IMG/VR virus record: IMGVR_UViG_3300010370_000051
Coordinates: 1 to 53,985 of that record
DNA: 53,985 nt
Origin: a virus
Lineage: Duplodnaviria; Caudoviricetes
Reading direction: 5' to 3' (one strand)
Below are positions 21,401-29,678 of the stretch, piece by piece. Each line of letters begins with the position of its first letter. Position 1 is the stretch's first letter. A program made the position numbers and the translations under genes. The notes beneath the pieces were generated by a model. It made no database searches. It worked only from the letters and a program-made list of their open reading frames with translations, and was not told where the DNA came from.

Positions 21401-21545
21401 GGTACTAGTGGTGGTGAGATGAGAACTTCAACGGATGGGATTGTTTGGTTTGTAAGGACTTTATCTACTCTTCCTACTACTATCTATTCCATTATTTTTG
21501 GGAATAACAATTATGTTCTTGGTGGTGGTAATCCTATAGCATTAT
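12236..21545 (+). repeat. 56 coding repeats of about 114 nt in eight blocks of seven
   Basis: Conserved DNA core acacctcaacagatgcaatcacctggactttaagaacttctggt. Confidence 0.9.
15467..18136 (+). CDS. Paralogous glycine-rich scaffold protein with 2 x 7 repeats
   Basis: Same repeat; ends GGDGYVKITWW. Confidence 0.85.
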   Translation: MPVDPIKFSENSISGLTTATDFTDVPYKSYVDSNVSPLPSQVGASGKFLTTTDGTTRTWDYVSNYQEFTTTGEQTFTVPSQANLLYIEATGAGGGGSAGQSNALNAVTWTLRTARFSSSIIYSFTYSTFYVAGSQSGILNTSTNAIVWTLRTSGFGSGGTILALTYANNTYIGGGTSGTLITSTDAIAWTLRTFGLGTTQINTLTYGNNTYVAGTNTGDINTSTDAITWELRTAGFGGNGISALTYANNTYVAGRVSGILNTSTDAIAWTLRTSGFGINQIVALTYGNNLYVAGGQTGTLNTSTDAITWTLRTSGFGSGGTILPLTYGNNTYVAGGDSGVLNTSTDAITWTLRTSGFGTNIIYALTYANNTYVAGGASGILNTSYAQASGAGGSSGSYTSWYIPKNIVSSNITVNPGVGGTGATTDAGTGSAGAGTTITWTGPGGTYTLTANGGGAGGIAGAAQLVTQSSSFYTTAGLSGAPQTPIDGGFTATAQTNQFQPTGGGSGGFTTSIGVSGGNGGSIVSYGNTIFSLAGYGDGSNGNSATAITALPYGLGGGGGGAVVDNPPPSATWTLRTSGFSGNSINALTYANNTYVAGGVNGVLNTSTDAIAWTLRTSGLGGNYIYALTYGTVYVASGSGGVLNTSTDAITWTLRTSGTTVSVYGLTFGNNTYVAGGSFAGIPELTTSTDAITWTLRTSGSTNTIWTLTYANNTYLAGGNAGILNTSTDTITWTLRTAGFGVNAIRALTYANNTYLAGGNAGILNTSTDAIAWTLRTSGTTVSVYGLTFGNNTYVAGGANGILNTSTDAITWTLRTSNVATNINALTYANNTYIGGTSGGTLITSTATATAGAGGSGVRGGGGGGGASIGSTFGRGGNGGDGYVKITWW

Positions 21546-21700
21546 ATTCAGCATCAGCAATCTCACAATCCGCAGCAGGAAACGGAGGCAACGGCACCAG
21601 AGGTGGTGGAGGTGGTGGAGGTGGATATGCAGCAGAAGGAAATCGTTTTGGATTAGGTGGAAATGGTGGAGATGGATATGTAAGAATTACCTGGTGGTAA
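18170..21700 (+). CDS. Paralogous glycine-rich scaffold protein with 3 x 7 repeats
   Basis: Same repeat; ends GGDGYVRITWW. Confidence 0.85.
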   Translation: MSQILSGRITGITSTTSATDASTKEYADQFTSPSTTGNAGGFLSVYPGLSYWVLRTAGFAVSQQIYSLIYTTFYVAGGSNGVLNTSTDTITWTLRTAGFTTNPFYSLTYGNNTYVGCSSNGVLISSTDTITWTLRTSGITNTINTLTYSTFYIAGADAGRLITSTDAIAWSQRTSGFGSNNITAFVYSNNTYVAGGQTGTLNTSTDAIVWTFRTSGTANAIISLTFGNNTYVAGGGAGTLITSTDTITWTVRSSNTTNNINALTYANNTYVAGGVSGTLRTSTDTITWSSRTSGFSTNNISALTYANNTYIAGGSGGTLAISQPRRQSWKPINSTTTTTLDRATYKGSQEFTASGTFFIPPSATQFYIEAIGAGGGGASGRYTGTLGSGGGGGSGAYNAWLIRRGELGNATTMTVTVGAGGRGGNNRGMSTSTDGINWFTVPGGSGFGTNSVSALTYGTVYVAGGANGVLNTSTDTNTWILRTAGLGGFSIFSLTYGNNTYIAGSTGGVLNTSTDAITWTLRTAGNFIGDNTTALTYGNNTYVAGGTSGKLSTSTDAITWTSRTAGFGANQINALIFANNTYLAGGSTIGAFNTSTDAITWTLRTSGFGSNGIVALTYANNTYVAGGTSGKLNTSTDGIAWTLRTSGFTVTINALTYANNLYIVGSTGGVLNTSTDAITWTLRTSLFQAQSIIALTYGTTFVAGGVTSGAGAAGGSTTVTWTGNTPTGTATYTLTSSAGSGASDTTTSGGNGAGNAGLLSNALYVTSGLVGATGRSTYGSSNATQNSRFQPTGGGSGAYNTSTGGSSTMYWYGNTYTASGGSDTGGNGSGGIDGSYTGNIGSGGGGGGALSEGLTSWYLRTSGFGSTNILALAFGNNTYVAAGANGVLSTSTNAITWTLRTAGQLFNLDPLSYLNNEFFIGGAGTLSTSTDAITWTFRTSGTNATFGDFIYANNLYVASFTSVGTVSTSTDAVCWTLRTSGTTVSLPSLTYSTFYVAGGFSGVIITSTDAITWTLRTSGTSNNSSSLTYGNNLYLASGGFSGDLRSSTDTITWSLRTFGNATPIISSLFYSNNTYFAGTSGGEMRTSTDGIVWFVRTLSTLPTTIYSIIFGNNNYVLGGGNPIALYSASAISQSAAGNGGNGTRGGGGGGGGYAAEGNRFGLGGNGGDGYVRITWW

Positions 21701-21745
21701 AACTTGCCTAGATATGCTAGAATGATTTTAAAATGACTTTCTTGT

Positions 21746-22468
21746 ATGCCTCTAAATTATACAAATCAATCTTCAAGCACAACTCTTAAAGGTAAAACAA
21801 TTGCTTTTTGTCTTCCAGGATTAATGTATTCTGGAACCTTTATGACGCAATTCGTCAGACTTTTGTTTGACCTTAATCAGCAAGGAATTAATTTTTATAT
21901 CTCTCAACAATACAGTTCAATGGTGAATCACGCACGAACTGATTGTTTGCAGGCAGATAATTATGCAGGAACAATGCTGACTCCATTCAGGGGACAGGTT
22001 CCTTATGATTACATTATGTGGATTGATAGTGATATTATCTTCAAAACAGAAGACCTGATTGAACTTCTGCAAATGAATAAGGACATTGCGTCTGGTTGGT
22101 ATTGCCAATCAAATGGTGGTGCTCTCTCTAATCAAACAACGGTCGTTGAACGAATGGACGACCAGGAACTGTATCAAAAAGGTACAAATCGTTATGAGAC
22201 TGTTGAGGATATGGCACGAAGAGCAGAACCTTTTAAAGTAGATTATTGTGGCTTTGGTTGGATGCTGATTAAGAAAGGTGTTTATGAGAAAATTCCTTAT
22301 CCTTGGTTTGTTCCTAGAGTAATTCAACTCAAGAAACCAGACGGAACAATTCTTGAAGATGTCTGCTCTGAAGATATTTCAATGTGTCAGGACTTTAAAA
22401 AATATGGTTTTGATATTTGGGTTCATCCAAAAGTTCGTGTTGGTCATCAAAAAATGGTAATTCTGTAA
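21746..22468 (+). CDS. GT-A fold glycosyltransferase (GT2-like)
   Basis: YIMWIDSDI DxD motif; GFGWMLIKKGV; SEDISMC...VGHQK. Confidence 0.85.
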   Translation: MPLNYTNQSSSTTLKGKTIAFCLPGLMYSGTFMTQFVRLLFDLNQQGINFYISQQYSSMVNHARTDCLQADNYAGTMLTPFRGQVPYDYIMWIDSDIIFKTEDLIELLQMNKDIASGWYCQSNGGALSNQTTVVERMDDQELYQKGTNRYETVEDMARRAEPFKVDYCGFGWMLIKKGVYEKIPYPWFVPRVIQLKKPDGTILEDVCSEDISMCQDFKKYGFDIWVHPKVRVGHQKMVIL

Positions 22469-22472
22469 AACT

Positions 22473-23168
22473 ATGTTAAACTATTCTAATTCTTCTCAAC
22501 AAGCAACACTACCACACTTCAATGTAGTCATCACAACTCCAGGACATTCAATGTGTGCTGATTATGTGAAGTGTCTTATGGCAACAATTCACACACTTCA
22601 GGCAAATAATATCTCCTGGATTTTTCAAAGTGAATATGCTTCTATTATTACAAATGCAAGAGAAGCAACTATTACAGGTAGTCGTAATTTAGAAGTCTTT
22701 AATTCTGCACCAGGAAAAGGACAATACACTTACGACAAACTGTTTATGATTGATAGTGATATTCTTTGGAATCCAGAACAGTTTTTAAGATTTTATTCTA
22801 GTGATAAGAGTGTAATTTCTGCTGTGTACTTTGAAGCACAAGGTGCTGATGCAATGATTCATCGCACAAAGGGTGATTTTAAACCAGTAAAGAGAGAAGA
22901 GATTCAACTTCTTCAGCAACTTGGTGAACCAATTGAAGTTTATGGAGTTGGTCTTGGTTTTATGTGTGTGAAATCTGGTGTATTCGAATCACTCAAAAGA
23001 CCTTGGTTTGGTCTAGGTAAAGTCATTCAAGAGGTTGATGGTGTAACTTATGAACTTCCATTAGGTGAAGATTTATACTTCTGCGAAAGGGTAGCAGAGC
23101 AGGGTCATAAAGTTTATGTTGATTCTCAAATTATTGTTGGTCATATGAAGAGTAATGTTGTATGTTGA
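22473..23168 (+). CDS. GT-A fold glycosyltransferase, paralog of previous gene
   Basis: LFMIDSDI; GLGFMCVKSGV; GEDLYFC...VGHMK. Confidence 0.85.
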   Translation: MLNYSNSSQQATLPHFNVVITTPGHSMCADYVKCLMATIHTLQANNISWIFQSEYASIITNAREATITGSRNLEVFNSAPGKGQYTYDKLFMIDSDILWNPEQFLRFYSSDKSVISAVYFEAQGADAMIHRTKGDFKPVKREEIQLLQQLGEPIEVYGVGLGFMCVKSGVFESLKRPWFGLGKVIQEVDGVTYELPLGEDLYFCERVAEQGHKVYVDSQIIVGHMKSNVVC

Positions 23169-24583
23169 ACTATAAAAACGAAAAGAAAATCAAAAAATCC
23201 ATCACGGTCTTTTATCATCTCTATATTCCAGATACTAATAATATGTGGATTTGGTGGGTGGATGAACAGATGGGTCTTCTAAAATCATCTGGTCTTGCCG
23301 ATAAGGCAACCATTAATATGTGTATTACCTTGCCTCTTGGACTTTATAATTCTAAGACTGGGCATTCATATGACCAAATGGTGACTGGTTATATCAAAGA
23401 CCGTTTTCCATTTGTGAATATCATTGATATGAGAAATGTTGGGGAGCAACCAAATCTTTACGAAGGTCAAACTCTTGCAAAGATTTACGAGCATTGTCAA
23501 GAGGATGACGGATACGTTTTTTACTTCCATAACAAAGGTATGAGTTCTTATTCAACTCATATTCCTGGTGCAATTAAAGATTGGAGACACTATATGCAGT
23601 ACTACAATCTTGAAAAATGGGAAGATTGTATTGCAAAACTGAATGAAGGTTATGATTGCTGTGGCGTTGATTGGGTAGAACGACACGATATTAAACTTGA
23701 CTTTGTGGTTCAGCACTATGCTGGAAACTTCTGGTGGGCACGAAATGATTATATTCGCAAACTGAAACATCCTCTCAAGATTGAAGAGTATATGGATGTG
23801 GAAGCAATGATGAGAGAACTGCAAAACTATCGTTATTGTTTTGAACTTTGGATGGCAACTGGTATTCCAAAGCAACATTGTTTCCATTATCGTCGTCATC
23901 ATCAGTATGATAATCAAGGTCTTGAAAGATACTTCATCTATTATCCACGAGAAATGTATGATGAAAGTATGAAGAGTGATGAAGAAAAGAGACGATATAG
24001 TAAAATACATACTCTCACTGAAATTGGTTCGATGGGCAATTTCAATTGGAGAGACCATAGAAACTTTGCCGATTGGATAATTCGTCGCAAACAACCAGAA
24101 ACAGTCGTTGACCTAGGTGTTGATTATGGTTATTCAACGTTCTGCTTTGCCCTTCCAGAAGTCGGTCACATTTACGGAATTGATAGTTTTGAAGGTGATG
24201 AACACGCAGGAATTAGAAACACCTATGATTATGTTTTAGAGAAACAGAAAGAACTTGAACTGAATAATATTACCTTTATCAAAGGTTTCTTTGATGATGT
24301 TGTAAAAACCTGGACAAAACCAATTGACATTCTTCACATTGATGGACTGCATACATATGAAGCAGTTAAAAATGATTTTGAAAAATGGTCACCATTTCTC
24401 AAAGAAGATGGTATAATTCTAATGCACGATACAATGGTCGAAGGATTTGGAGTTAAAGATTTCTTTAAAGAAATTCAACTACCAAAAACAAACTTTAAAC
24501 ACTGTAATGGATTGGGTGTAGTTAGTAGAGATATAAATCTTATTAATGAAATTAATAAAAATTTTGAGGAGTTTATTAGATGA
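23162..24583 (+). CDS. Fusion of putative glycosyltransferase-like domain and class I SAM methyltransferase (Methyltransf_24-like)
   Basis: N-part YFHNKG...HYAGNFWWA; C-part VDLGVDYGYS, DILHIDGLHTYE, GIILMHD. Confidence 0.8.
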   Translation: MLNYKNEKKIKKSITVFYHLYIPDTNNMWIWWVDEQMGLLKSSGLADKATINMCITLPLGLYNSKTGHSYDQMVTGYIKDRFPFVNIIDMRNVGEQPNLYEGQTLAKIYEHCQEDDGYVFYFHNKGMSSYSTHIPGAIKDWRHYMQYYNLEKWEDCIAKLNEGYDCCGVDWVERHDIKLDFVVQHYAGNFWWARNDYIRKLKHPLKIEEYMDVEAMMRELQNYRYCFELWMATGIPKQHCFHYRRHHQYDNQGLERYFIYYPREMYDESMKSDEEKRRYSKIHTLTEIGSMGNFNWRDHRNFADWIIRRKQPETVVDLGVDYGYSTFCFALPEVGHIYGIDSFEGDEHAGIRNTYDYVLEKQKELELNNITFIKGFFDDVVKTWTKPIDILHIDGLHTYEAVKNDFEKWSPFLKEDGIILMHDTMVEGFGVKDFFKEIQLPKTNFKHCNGLGVVSRDINLINEINKNFEEFIR

Positions 24584-25425
24584 AGTTTAATCTTGTAAGA
24601 ATTGTTCCAGATAATGGATTTTATGTTCACGCACAAGTCTTTCACGAAATTGAAGCAGCAGTATTCTTTACTCTGCAACGAATGGGTTATGATGTAACGA
24701 ACAGTACAAATGACTTTGCACCAGACCGAAAGAATATTGTATTTGGAATGCATCACTGCCCTGTAGATGTAGTCAGACACGATATTCCAAAGGATACTAT
24801 CATCTACTCTCTGGAACAAATGAGAGAAGAACCAGAGTGTATGCGTTGGTGCCGCAAGTATCGTGGTCTTGAAGTGTGGGACTACTCAATGAGAAATGCT
24901 GATGTTCTTCGCAAAGCAGGTGTAGAAAACATCAAGCACTTCAAGATTGGTTACGTTCCAGAAATCACATACTTTGAAAGAAACCGACCAGAGAATAGAG
25001 ACATTGATATCTTATTTTATGGTTCCCCATCACCAAGACGGGTTCATATTATGGAACAGTTTGCAAACAATCCCAAACTGAATTTTGTTCACGTTCAAAG
25101 CACCTATGGTGATGAACGAGATGATTATATCAAGAGAGCAAAGTTGGTGATTAATCTGCATAACAATGATAATAAAATCTTTGAGATGGTAAGAGTATCT
25201 CATCTTATTCAAAATAAAGTACCTGTTCTTGCTGAAAGAAATCCTGATACTGACTTCCCTGATTATATGGAAGATGCAGTATTCACTTCAACTTATAATC
25301 GTTTTGTGGATACTGCATATAAACTTCTCAAGAAACCAGAAGAACTTGATGCACAGACAGAAAAAGGTCTTGAAATCTTTAAGAAATCTCCAATGGAAGA
25401 ATTCTTAAAGGAGGTTCTTGAATGA
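24580..25425 (+). CDS. Putative GT-B glycosyltransferase
   Basis: RDIDILFYGS...AKLVINLH...FEMVRV pattern. Confidence 0.7.
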   Translation: MKFNLVRIVPDNGFYVHAQVFHEIEAAVFFTLQRMGYDVTNSTNDFAPDRKNIVFGMHHCPVDVVRHDIPKDTIIYSLEQMREEPECMRWCRKYRGLEVWDYSMRNADVLRKAGVENIKHFKIGYVPEITYFERNRPENRDIDILFYGSPSPRRVHIMEQFANNPKLNFVHVQSTYGDERDDYIKRAKLVINLHNNDNKIFEMVRVSHLIQNKVPVLAERNPDTDFPDYMEDAVFTSTYNRFVDTAYKLLKKPEELDAQTEKGLEIFKKSPMEEFLKEVLE

Positions 25426-27284
25426 AAGTTATAGATGGATTTTCATTCTTCAATGAATTTGATATTCTTAAATTAAGATTAGAATATCTACGAGATGTTG
25501 TGGATTACTTTATTATTAGTGAGTGTAATTATACACACTCTGGTAAGGAAAAACCATATTATCTCAATCAAATTATTAATGAGTTTGATGAGGAACTTCG
25601 TTCTAAGATTATCTCACTTCATTATGAACCAGACATTATCAATTATGATTTTTCAAACAAAACAAAGTGTGATTTTGAATCTGGATTTTGGAAACTAGAA
25701 AGAGGTCAAAGAAATTATATTCTAGAAGGTCTTAAGAACTTTTCACCCAATGACCTGTTTATGTTGAGTGATGCAGATGAGATTCCCCGCAAGGAATTGA
25801 TTCAACATCTCAGACAAAATGGTCTTCCAGAAAATAATCTTGCCCTTGCAAGATGTGATAATTTCTATTATAATTTCTTCACTTACGAAAACAGCACTTG
25901 GGGTGGAACTGTATTCACGAATGTTGAAACTGCATCCAAAACTGATGCTGACTTTTTGAGAGGTCGTTCTTATGAATTTCCTTTCTTTGATAATGCTGGA
26001 TGGCACTTCACATTCTTTGGTGGAATCAAACAGATTCAAGATAAGTTAAATTCTTATGCACACCAAGAGTTTAATAATGATGAAGTCAATAATCAACAAA
26101 GTATTCAAGATGCAGTTAAAAATCAAACAGATATTCTAAACAGAACGCACGAGAATAAAAAGTTTCACCGATATAATTTCATAAATTTCCCAGAAGATTT
26201 TAGAAATCTTATCACTCAAATATTTACAGAGGAGTTTTATACAATGCCAAACACAGATGAAGTCATTACAAAACCAGAATATTTGCATAACAATATGCCC
26301 CCTCTTCTGGAGGCAACTTTAAATCCTGATGGAGTCGGTGGCACAGAACTTATGGGTCGTGCTTGGCAGGACTTGGTTTTACCTGCTGCTCCAGACCTTG
26401 CTGATTGGCACTGGTGTGTTCTTCCAGGTGATAATACCTTGTCTCCAGATAGTTCAAATTTAGTCTGGATTCATATGCATCATATGGAAGATGGTCTTGA
26501 GACACTACTGGACAAACAGTTCTTAAAACACTTTAAGGCATTTGTATTCGTGTCTGAGTGGCAGTATGAAAGATTTATGGAAAGATTCCAACTGCCCGCA
26601 GAGAAGTGTTATGTTCTTAAAAATGCAACACAACCATTTGAACCTCATAAGAAACCAGAAGGAAACAAACTTAATTTGATGTTCCATTCAAACCCCATTC
26701 GTGGTCTTGATATTCTTCTGGAGGCACTTAAACTGATTCCAGAAGAAGACATTGAACTTCACGTCTTTCACGAGATTGACCCTGATGAAAGAATTAAACA
26801 GTATCATCAAGGACTACAAACCTATGAATATTCACACGTCAATGAACAAGAACAACAATTCCTTCGTTATTGTTTAAAACTTGCAAATGAAGACAAGAGG
26901 ATTGTTCGTCATACAAGAACAAATAACTCTAAGGTTCGTGAGCAACTGATGAATACTCACATCTTTGCTTACCCAACATACTTTATGGAAACATCTTGTA
27001 TTTCTATGATTGAAGCATTGTGTGCTGGTTGTTCTGTTCTTTCCAGTAATCTTGCTGCACTTCCTGAAACTAGTTTAGGTTTTGCACGTCAGTATGGATT
27101 CATTGCAGACCGTCAAAAACATATCGAACGGTTTGCAAGAGAACTGAAAAGAACGATTACTGAGTATCGTGAAGGTAAGTTTGATAATACCAAACAAGTT
27201 GAAGTGTGTAATCAGTATTATAGTTGGGAAACTAGAGTCAAAGATTGGGCACAGTTCTCAAAAGAACTTTGGAGGAAAGGTTAA
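25422..27284 (+). CDS. Fusion of GT17-like (MGAT3-type) and GT4-like glycosyltransferase domains
   Basis: FFNEFDILKLRL, LSDADEIP, GWHFTF; C-part GGTE, RGLDILL, YPTYFMETSCIS..EAL.AG. Confidence 0.85.
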   Translation: MKVIDGFSFFNEFDILKLRLEYLRDVVDYFIISECNYTHSGKEKPYYLNQIINEFDEELRSKIISLHYEPDIINYDFSNKTKCDFESGFWKLERGQRNYILEGLKNFSPNDLFMLSDADEIPRKELIQHLRQNGLPENNLALARCDNFYYNFFTYENSTWGGTVFTNVETASKTDADFLRGRSYEFPFFDNAGWHFTFFGGIKQIQDKLNSYAHQEFNNDEVNNQQSIQDAVKNQTDILNRTHENKKFHRYNFINFPEDFRNLITQIFTEEFYTMPNTDEVITKPEYLHNNMPPLLEATLNPDGVGGTELMGRAWQDLVLPAAPDLADWHWCVLPGDNTLSPDSSNLVWIHMHHMEDGLETLLDKQFLKHFKAFVFVSEWQYERFMERFQLPAEKCYVLKNATQPFEPHKKPEGNKLNLMFHSNPIRGLDILLEALKLIPEEDIELHVFHEIDPDERIKQYHQGLQTYEYSHVNEQEQQFLRYCLKLANEDKRIVRHTRTNNSKVREQLMNTHIFAYPTYFMETSCISMIEALCAGCSVLSSNLAALPETSLGFARQYGFIADRQKHIERFARELKRTITEYREGKFDNTKQVEVCNQYYSWETRVKDWAQFSKELWRKG

Positions 27285-28370
27285 TTGTATGATTATCTAA
27301 TTGTTGGTGCTGGATTGTTCGGCGCAACATTTGCAAGACTTGCTAGAGATTCTGGTAAGTCTTGTTTAGTCATTGATAAGAGAACTCATATTGGTGGCAA
27401 TTGTTATACTGAAAACATTGAAGGTATTAATGTACATAAGTATGGTCCTCATATTTTTCATACAAATAATAAAGTCGTCTGGGATTTTGTAAATCGTTTT
27501 GCAGAATTTAATAACTTTATTCTCTCACCAAAAGCATTCTCAAAAGGTAAATTATATTCTTTACCTTTTAATATGAATACTTTTTATGAGATGTGGGGTG
27601 CTACAACTCCTTCTAAGGCAAAAGAAATTATAGAGAAACAAAGGTTTAAAGGTACTCCAACCAATCTTGAAGAGCAAGCATTGTCTCTTGTAGGACAAGA
27701 CATTTATCAAACTCTTATCAAAGGTTACACAGAAAAGCAATGGGGTAAAAAGGCAACTGAATTACCTTCTTTCATTATTAAAAGACTTCCATTAAGATTT
27801 ACTTTTGATAATAACTACTTCAATGATAAGTATCAAGGTATTCCGATTGGTGGTTATACTTTAATGATTCAAAAAATGCTTGATGGTATTGAAGTTAAAT
27901 TAGAAACAGATTATTTTTCTGACCGAGAGTGTTTTAATAGAATAGCAAATCAAGTTGTCTATACTGGTTGCATTGATGAGTTCTTTGATTATGAATTTGG
28001 AGAACTTGAATATCGTTCATTAAGATTTGAACATCAAGTTCAAGATACTGATAATTTTCAAGGCAATGCTGTGATTAATTATTGTGATCAAGAAATTGAA
28101 TATACGAGAATCATAGAACATAAACATTTTGAAAAGGTACAAACAGATAAAACTGTGATCACAAAAGAGTATCCGCAGAATTATCAAAAAGGATTAGTAC
28201 CTTATTATCCAATCAATGATTTGAGAAATCAAATGATTTATGAGAACTATAAAAATAAGTCATCATCTTTGACAAACTTTATATTTGGTAGTAGACTTGC
28301 TGAGTATAAGTATATGGATATGGACACGGTAATTAAGTCTGCGATGAATAAATTTGGAGATTCTAAATGA
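27285..28370 (+). CDS. glf: UDP-galactopyranose mutase
   Basis: IVGAGLFG, GGNCY, YGPHIFHT, YTEKQWG, YQGIP, PYYP, RLAEYKYMDM. Confidence 0.97.
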   Translation: MYDYLIVGAGLFGATFARLARDSGKSCLVIDKRTHIGGNCYTENIEGINVHKYGPHIFHTNNKVVWDFVNRFAEFNNFILSPKAFSKGKLYSLPFNMNTFYEMWGATTPSKAKEIIEKQRFKGTPTNLEEQALSLVGQDIYQTLIKGYTEKQWGKKATELPSFIIKRLPLRFTFDNNYFNDKYQGIPIGGYTLMIQKMLDGIEVKLETDYFSDRECFNRIANQVVYTGCIDEFFDYEFGELEYRSLRFEHQVQDTDNFQGNAVINYCDQEIEYTRIIEHKHFEKVQTDKTVITKEYPQNYQKGLVPYYPINDLRNQMIYENYKNKSSSLTNFIFGSRLAEYKYMDMDTVIKSAMNKFGDSK

Positions 28371-29119
28371 AAAAGAAATGTGCTGTATTTACGACAGTTA
28401 AAAATGAAAGTATTTTTCTGCCGATTTGGTTGAGGCATTATCAACAATATTTTTCCAACGATGACATTTATATTCTAGATCACTTTTCTACAGATGGGTC
28501 TACGGCAAATCTTCCGGTAAATGTTCGTCTAGTTTCAAATGATTATGTAAACGATCACGAATGGTTGGTTAAAATCGCACAAGATTTTCAAAGGCAACTT
28601 CTTGAAAGTTATCAGTGTGTTGTATTTGCAGAGAGTGATGAAATCATTTACTCTCTTGAAAAACCATTGAATGAAACTTTGAATGATTTTATTCAAGGTG
28701 ATGAATTGTATACAACTTGTAGTGGGTATAGTGTCATTCAAGACACTCAGAATGAATCAGCACTTTCTTCTGGGGACCATATCTTTGAGAAAAGAAATGT
28801 CTGGTACAAAGATGCTGCAGAGGATAAAACTCTGATTAGTAAAGTTCCTCTTGAATGGAACTGGGGTTTTCATAGTTTGAAGGGTAGAAACAATAACTAT
28901 CATCGTGACTTGTATATTGCACATTTACATCGATTTGATTTTGAATCAATGGTAAAAAGGCATCAAGAAAGAACAAGCTTCCAACAGAAGAAAGATGGTG
29001 GTGGGCATCATTGGAAAACAGATCGAGATGATATTTTTGAAGTTTTTAGGCAAGTTGCATCGCAACCTTTCTTGATTACCGAACAGCATAAGGTCGCACT
29101 TAAACACTTAACTTATTGA
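28367..29119 (+). CDS. GT2-like glycosyltransferase
   Basis: VKNE..FLPIWLRHY, LDHFSTDGS, ESDE. Confidence 0.75.
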   Translation: MKKKCAVFTTVKNESIFLPIWLRHYQQYFSNDDIYILDHFSTDGSTANLPVNVRLVSNDYVNDHEWLVKIAQDFQRQLLESYQCVVFAESDEIIYSLEKPLNETLNDFIQGDELYTTCSGYSVIQDTQNESALSSGDHIFEKRNVWYKDAAEDKTLISKVPLEWNWGFHSLKGRNNNYHRDLYIAHLHRFDFESMVKRHQERTSFQQKKDGGGHHWKTDRDDIFEVFRQVASQPFLITEQHKVALKHLTY

Positions 29120-29145
29120 TAAATAAAGAAAAAACATTACGAATT

Positions 29146-29514
29146 ATGGCAACTGAAACGACAACTCTTACTTTGCCTCTGGCACACTTGCATTATTTGA
29201 CCGCAGATTCAAATAATCAAACTGGTTATACACTTGAAGAAGTTGATGCTCTAATTGCAGAGCACGGAAATGATTATGAGGTTGAAGCAACAATCACTCA
29301 TCCAGTTCCACCTCCATACACTGTAGAAGGTGATATTGCTGCTCACGAAGCAAGAATTGAAACTGATAGAAGTATGCTTACACAATTTCAAGAGACACTT
29401 CAAGATCTTGAAGAGGGGTCTGAAGAGCACACTCGTGCCCAAGAGCAAATTGAAGCAGTAGAAGCAGACATTGTTGCTTGTGAAGAGTATATTGCAAGTC
29501 TCAAAGCATCTTGA
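29146..29514 (+). CDS. Acidic coiled-coil hypothetical protein
   Basis: ATG at 29146 downstream of late-promoter-like GATAAATA. Confidence 0.75.
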   Translation: MATETTTLTLPLAHLHYLTADSNNQTGYTLEEVDALIAEHGNDYEVEATITHPVPPPYTVEGDIAAHEARIETDRSMLTQFQETLQDLEEGSEEHTRAQEQIEAVEADIVACEEYIASLKAS

Positions 29515-29539
29515 CACCTAACTCAAAACACCTTATAAT
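29511..29539 (+). promoter_or_regulatory. Consensus sigma70 (early) promoter
   Basis: TTGACA-17 nt-TATAAT. Confidence 0.9.
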
Positions 29540-29545
29540 ATTTAA

Positions 29546-29645
29546 GTCTTTCATATCCTCGTATCTTTGGGAATGAAGACCCTCTTCAGTGGTGTGGAGA
29601 GGTGAGTTGGTGGTAACTAAGGAGGGTTTTATACCCTCCTTTTTT
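29546..29645 (+). ncRNA. Candidate ~100-nt structured small RNA
   Basis: Own promoter, three hairpins and an intrinsic terminator (aaggaggg-ttttata-ccctcctt-T run). Confidence 0.7.
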
Positions 29646-29678
29646 CTCTTATAAATTACTATAAATCTTGATGATCCA

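Noticed and set aside
12236-21545. CRISPR-like array (constant repeat with variable spacer)
   Set aside because: Repeats are in-frame coding units of long ORFs, the 'spacers' are homologous to each other, and there is no cas operon
11924-21700. Diversity-generating retroelement target (variable NNT codons)
   Set aside because: No reverse transcriptase or non-coding template repeat in the window; T-ending codons dominate these genes anyway
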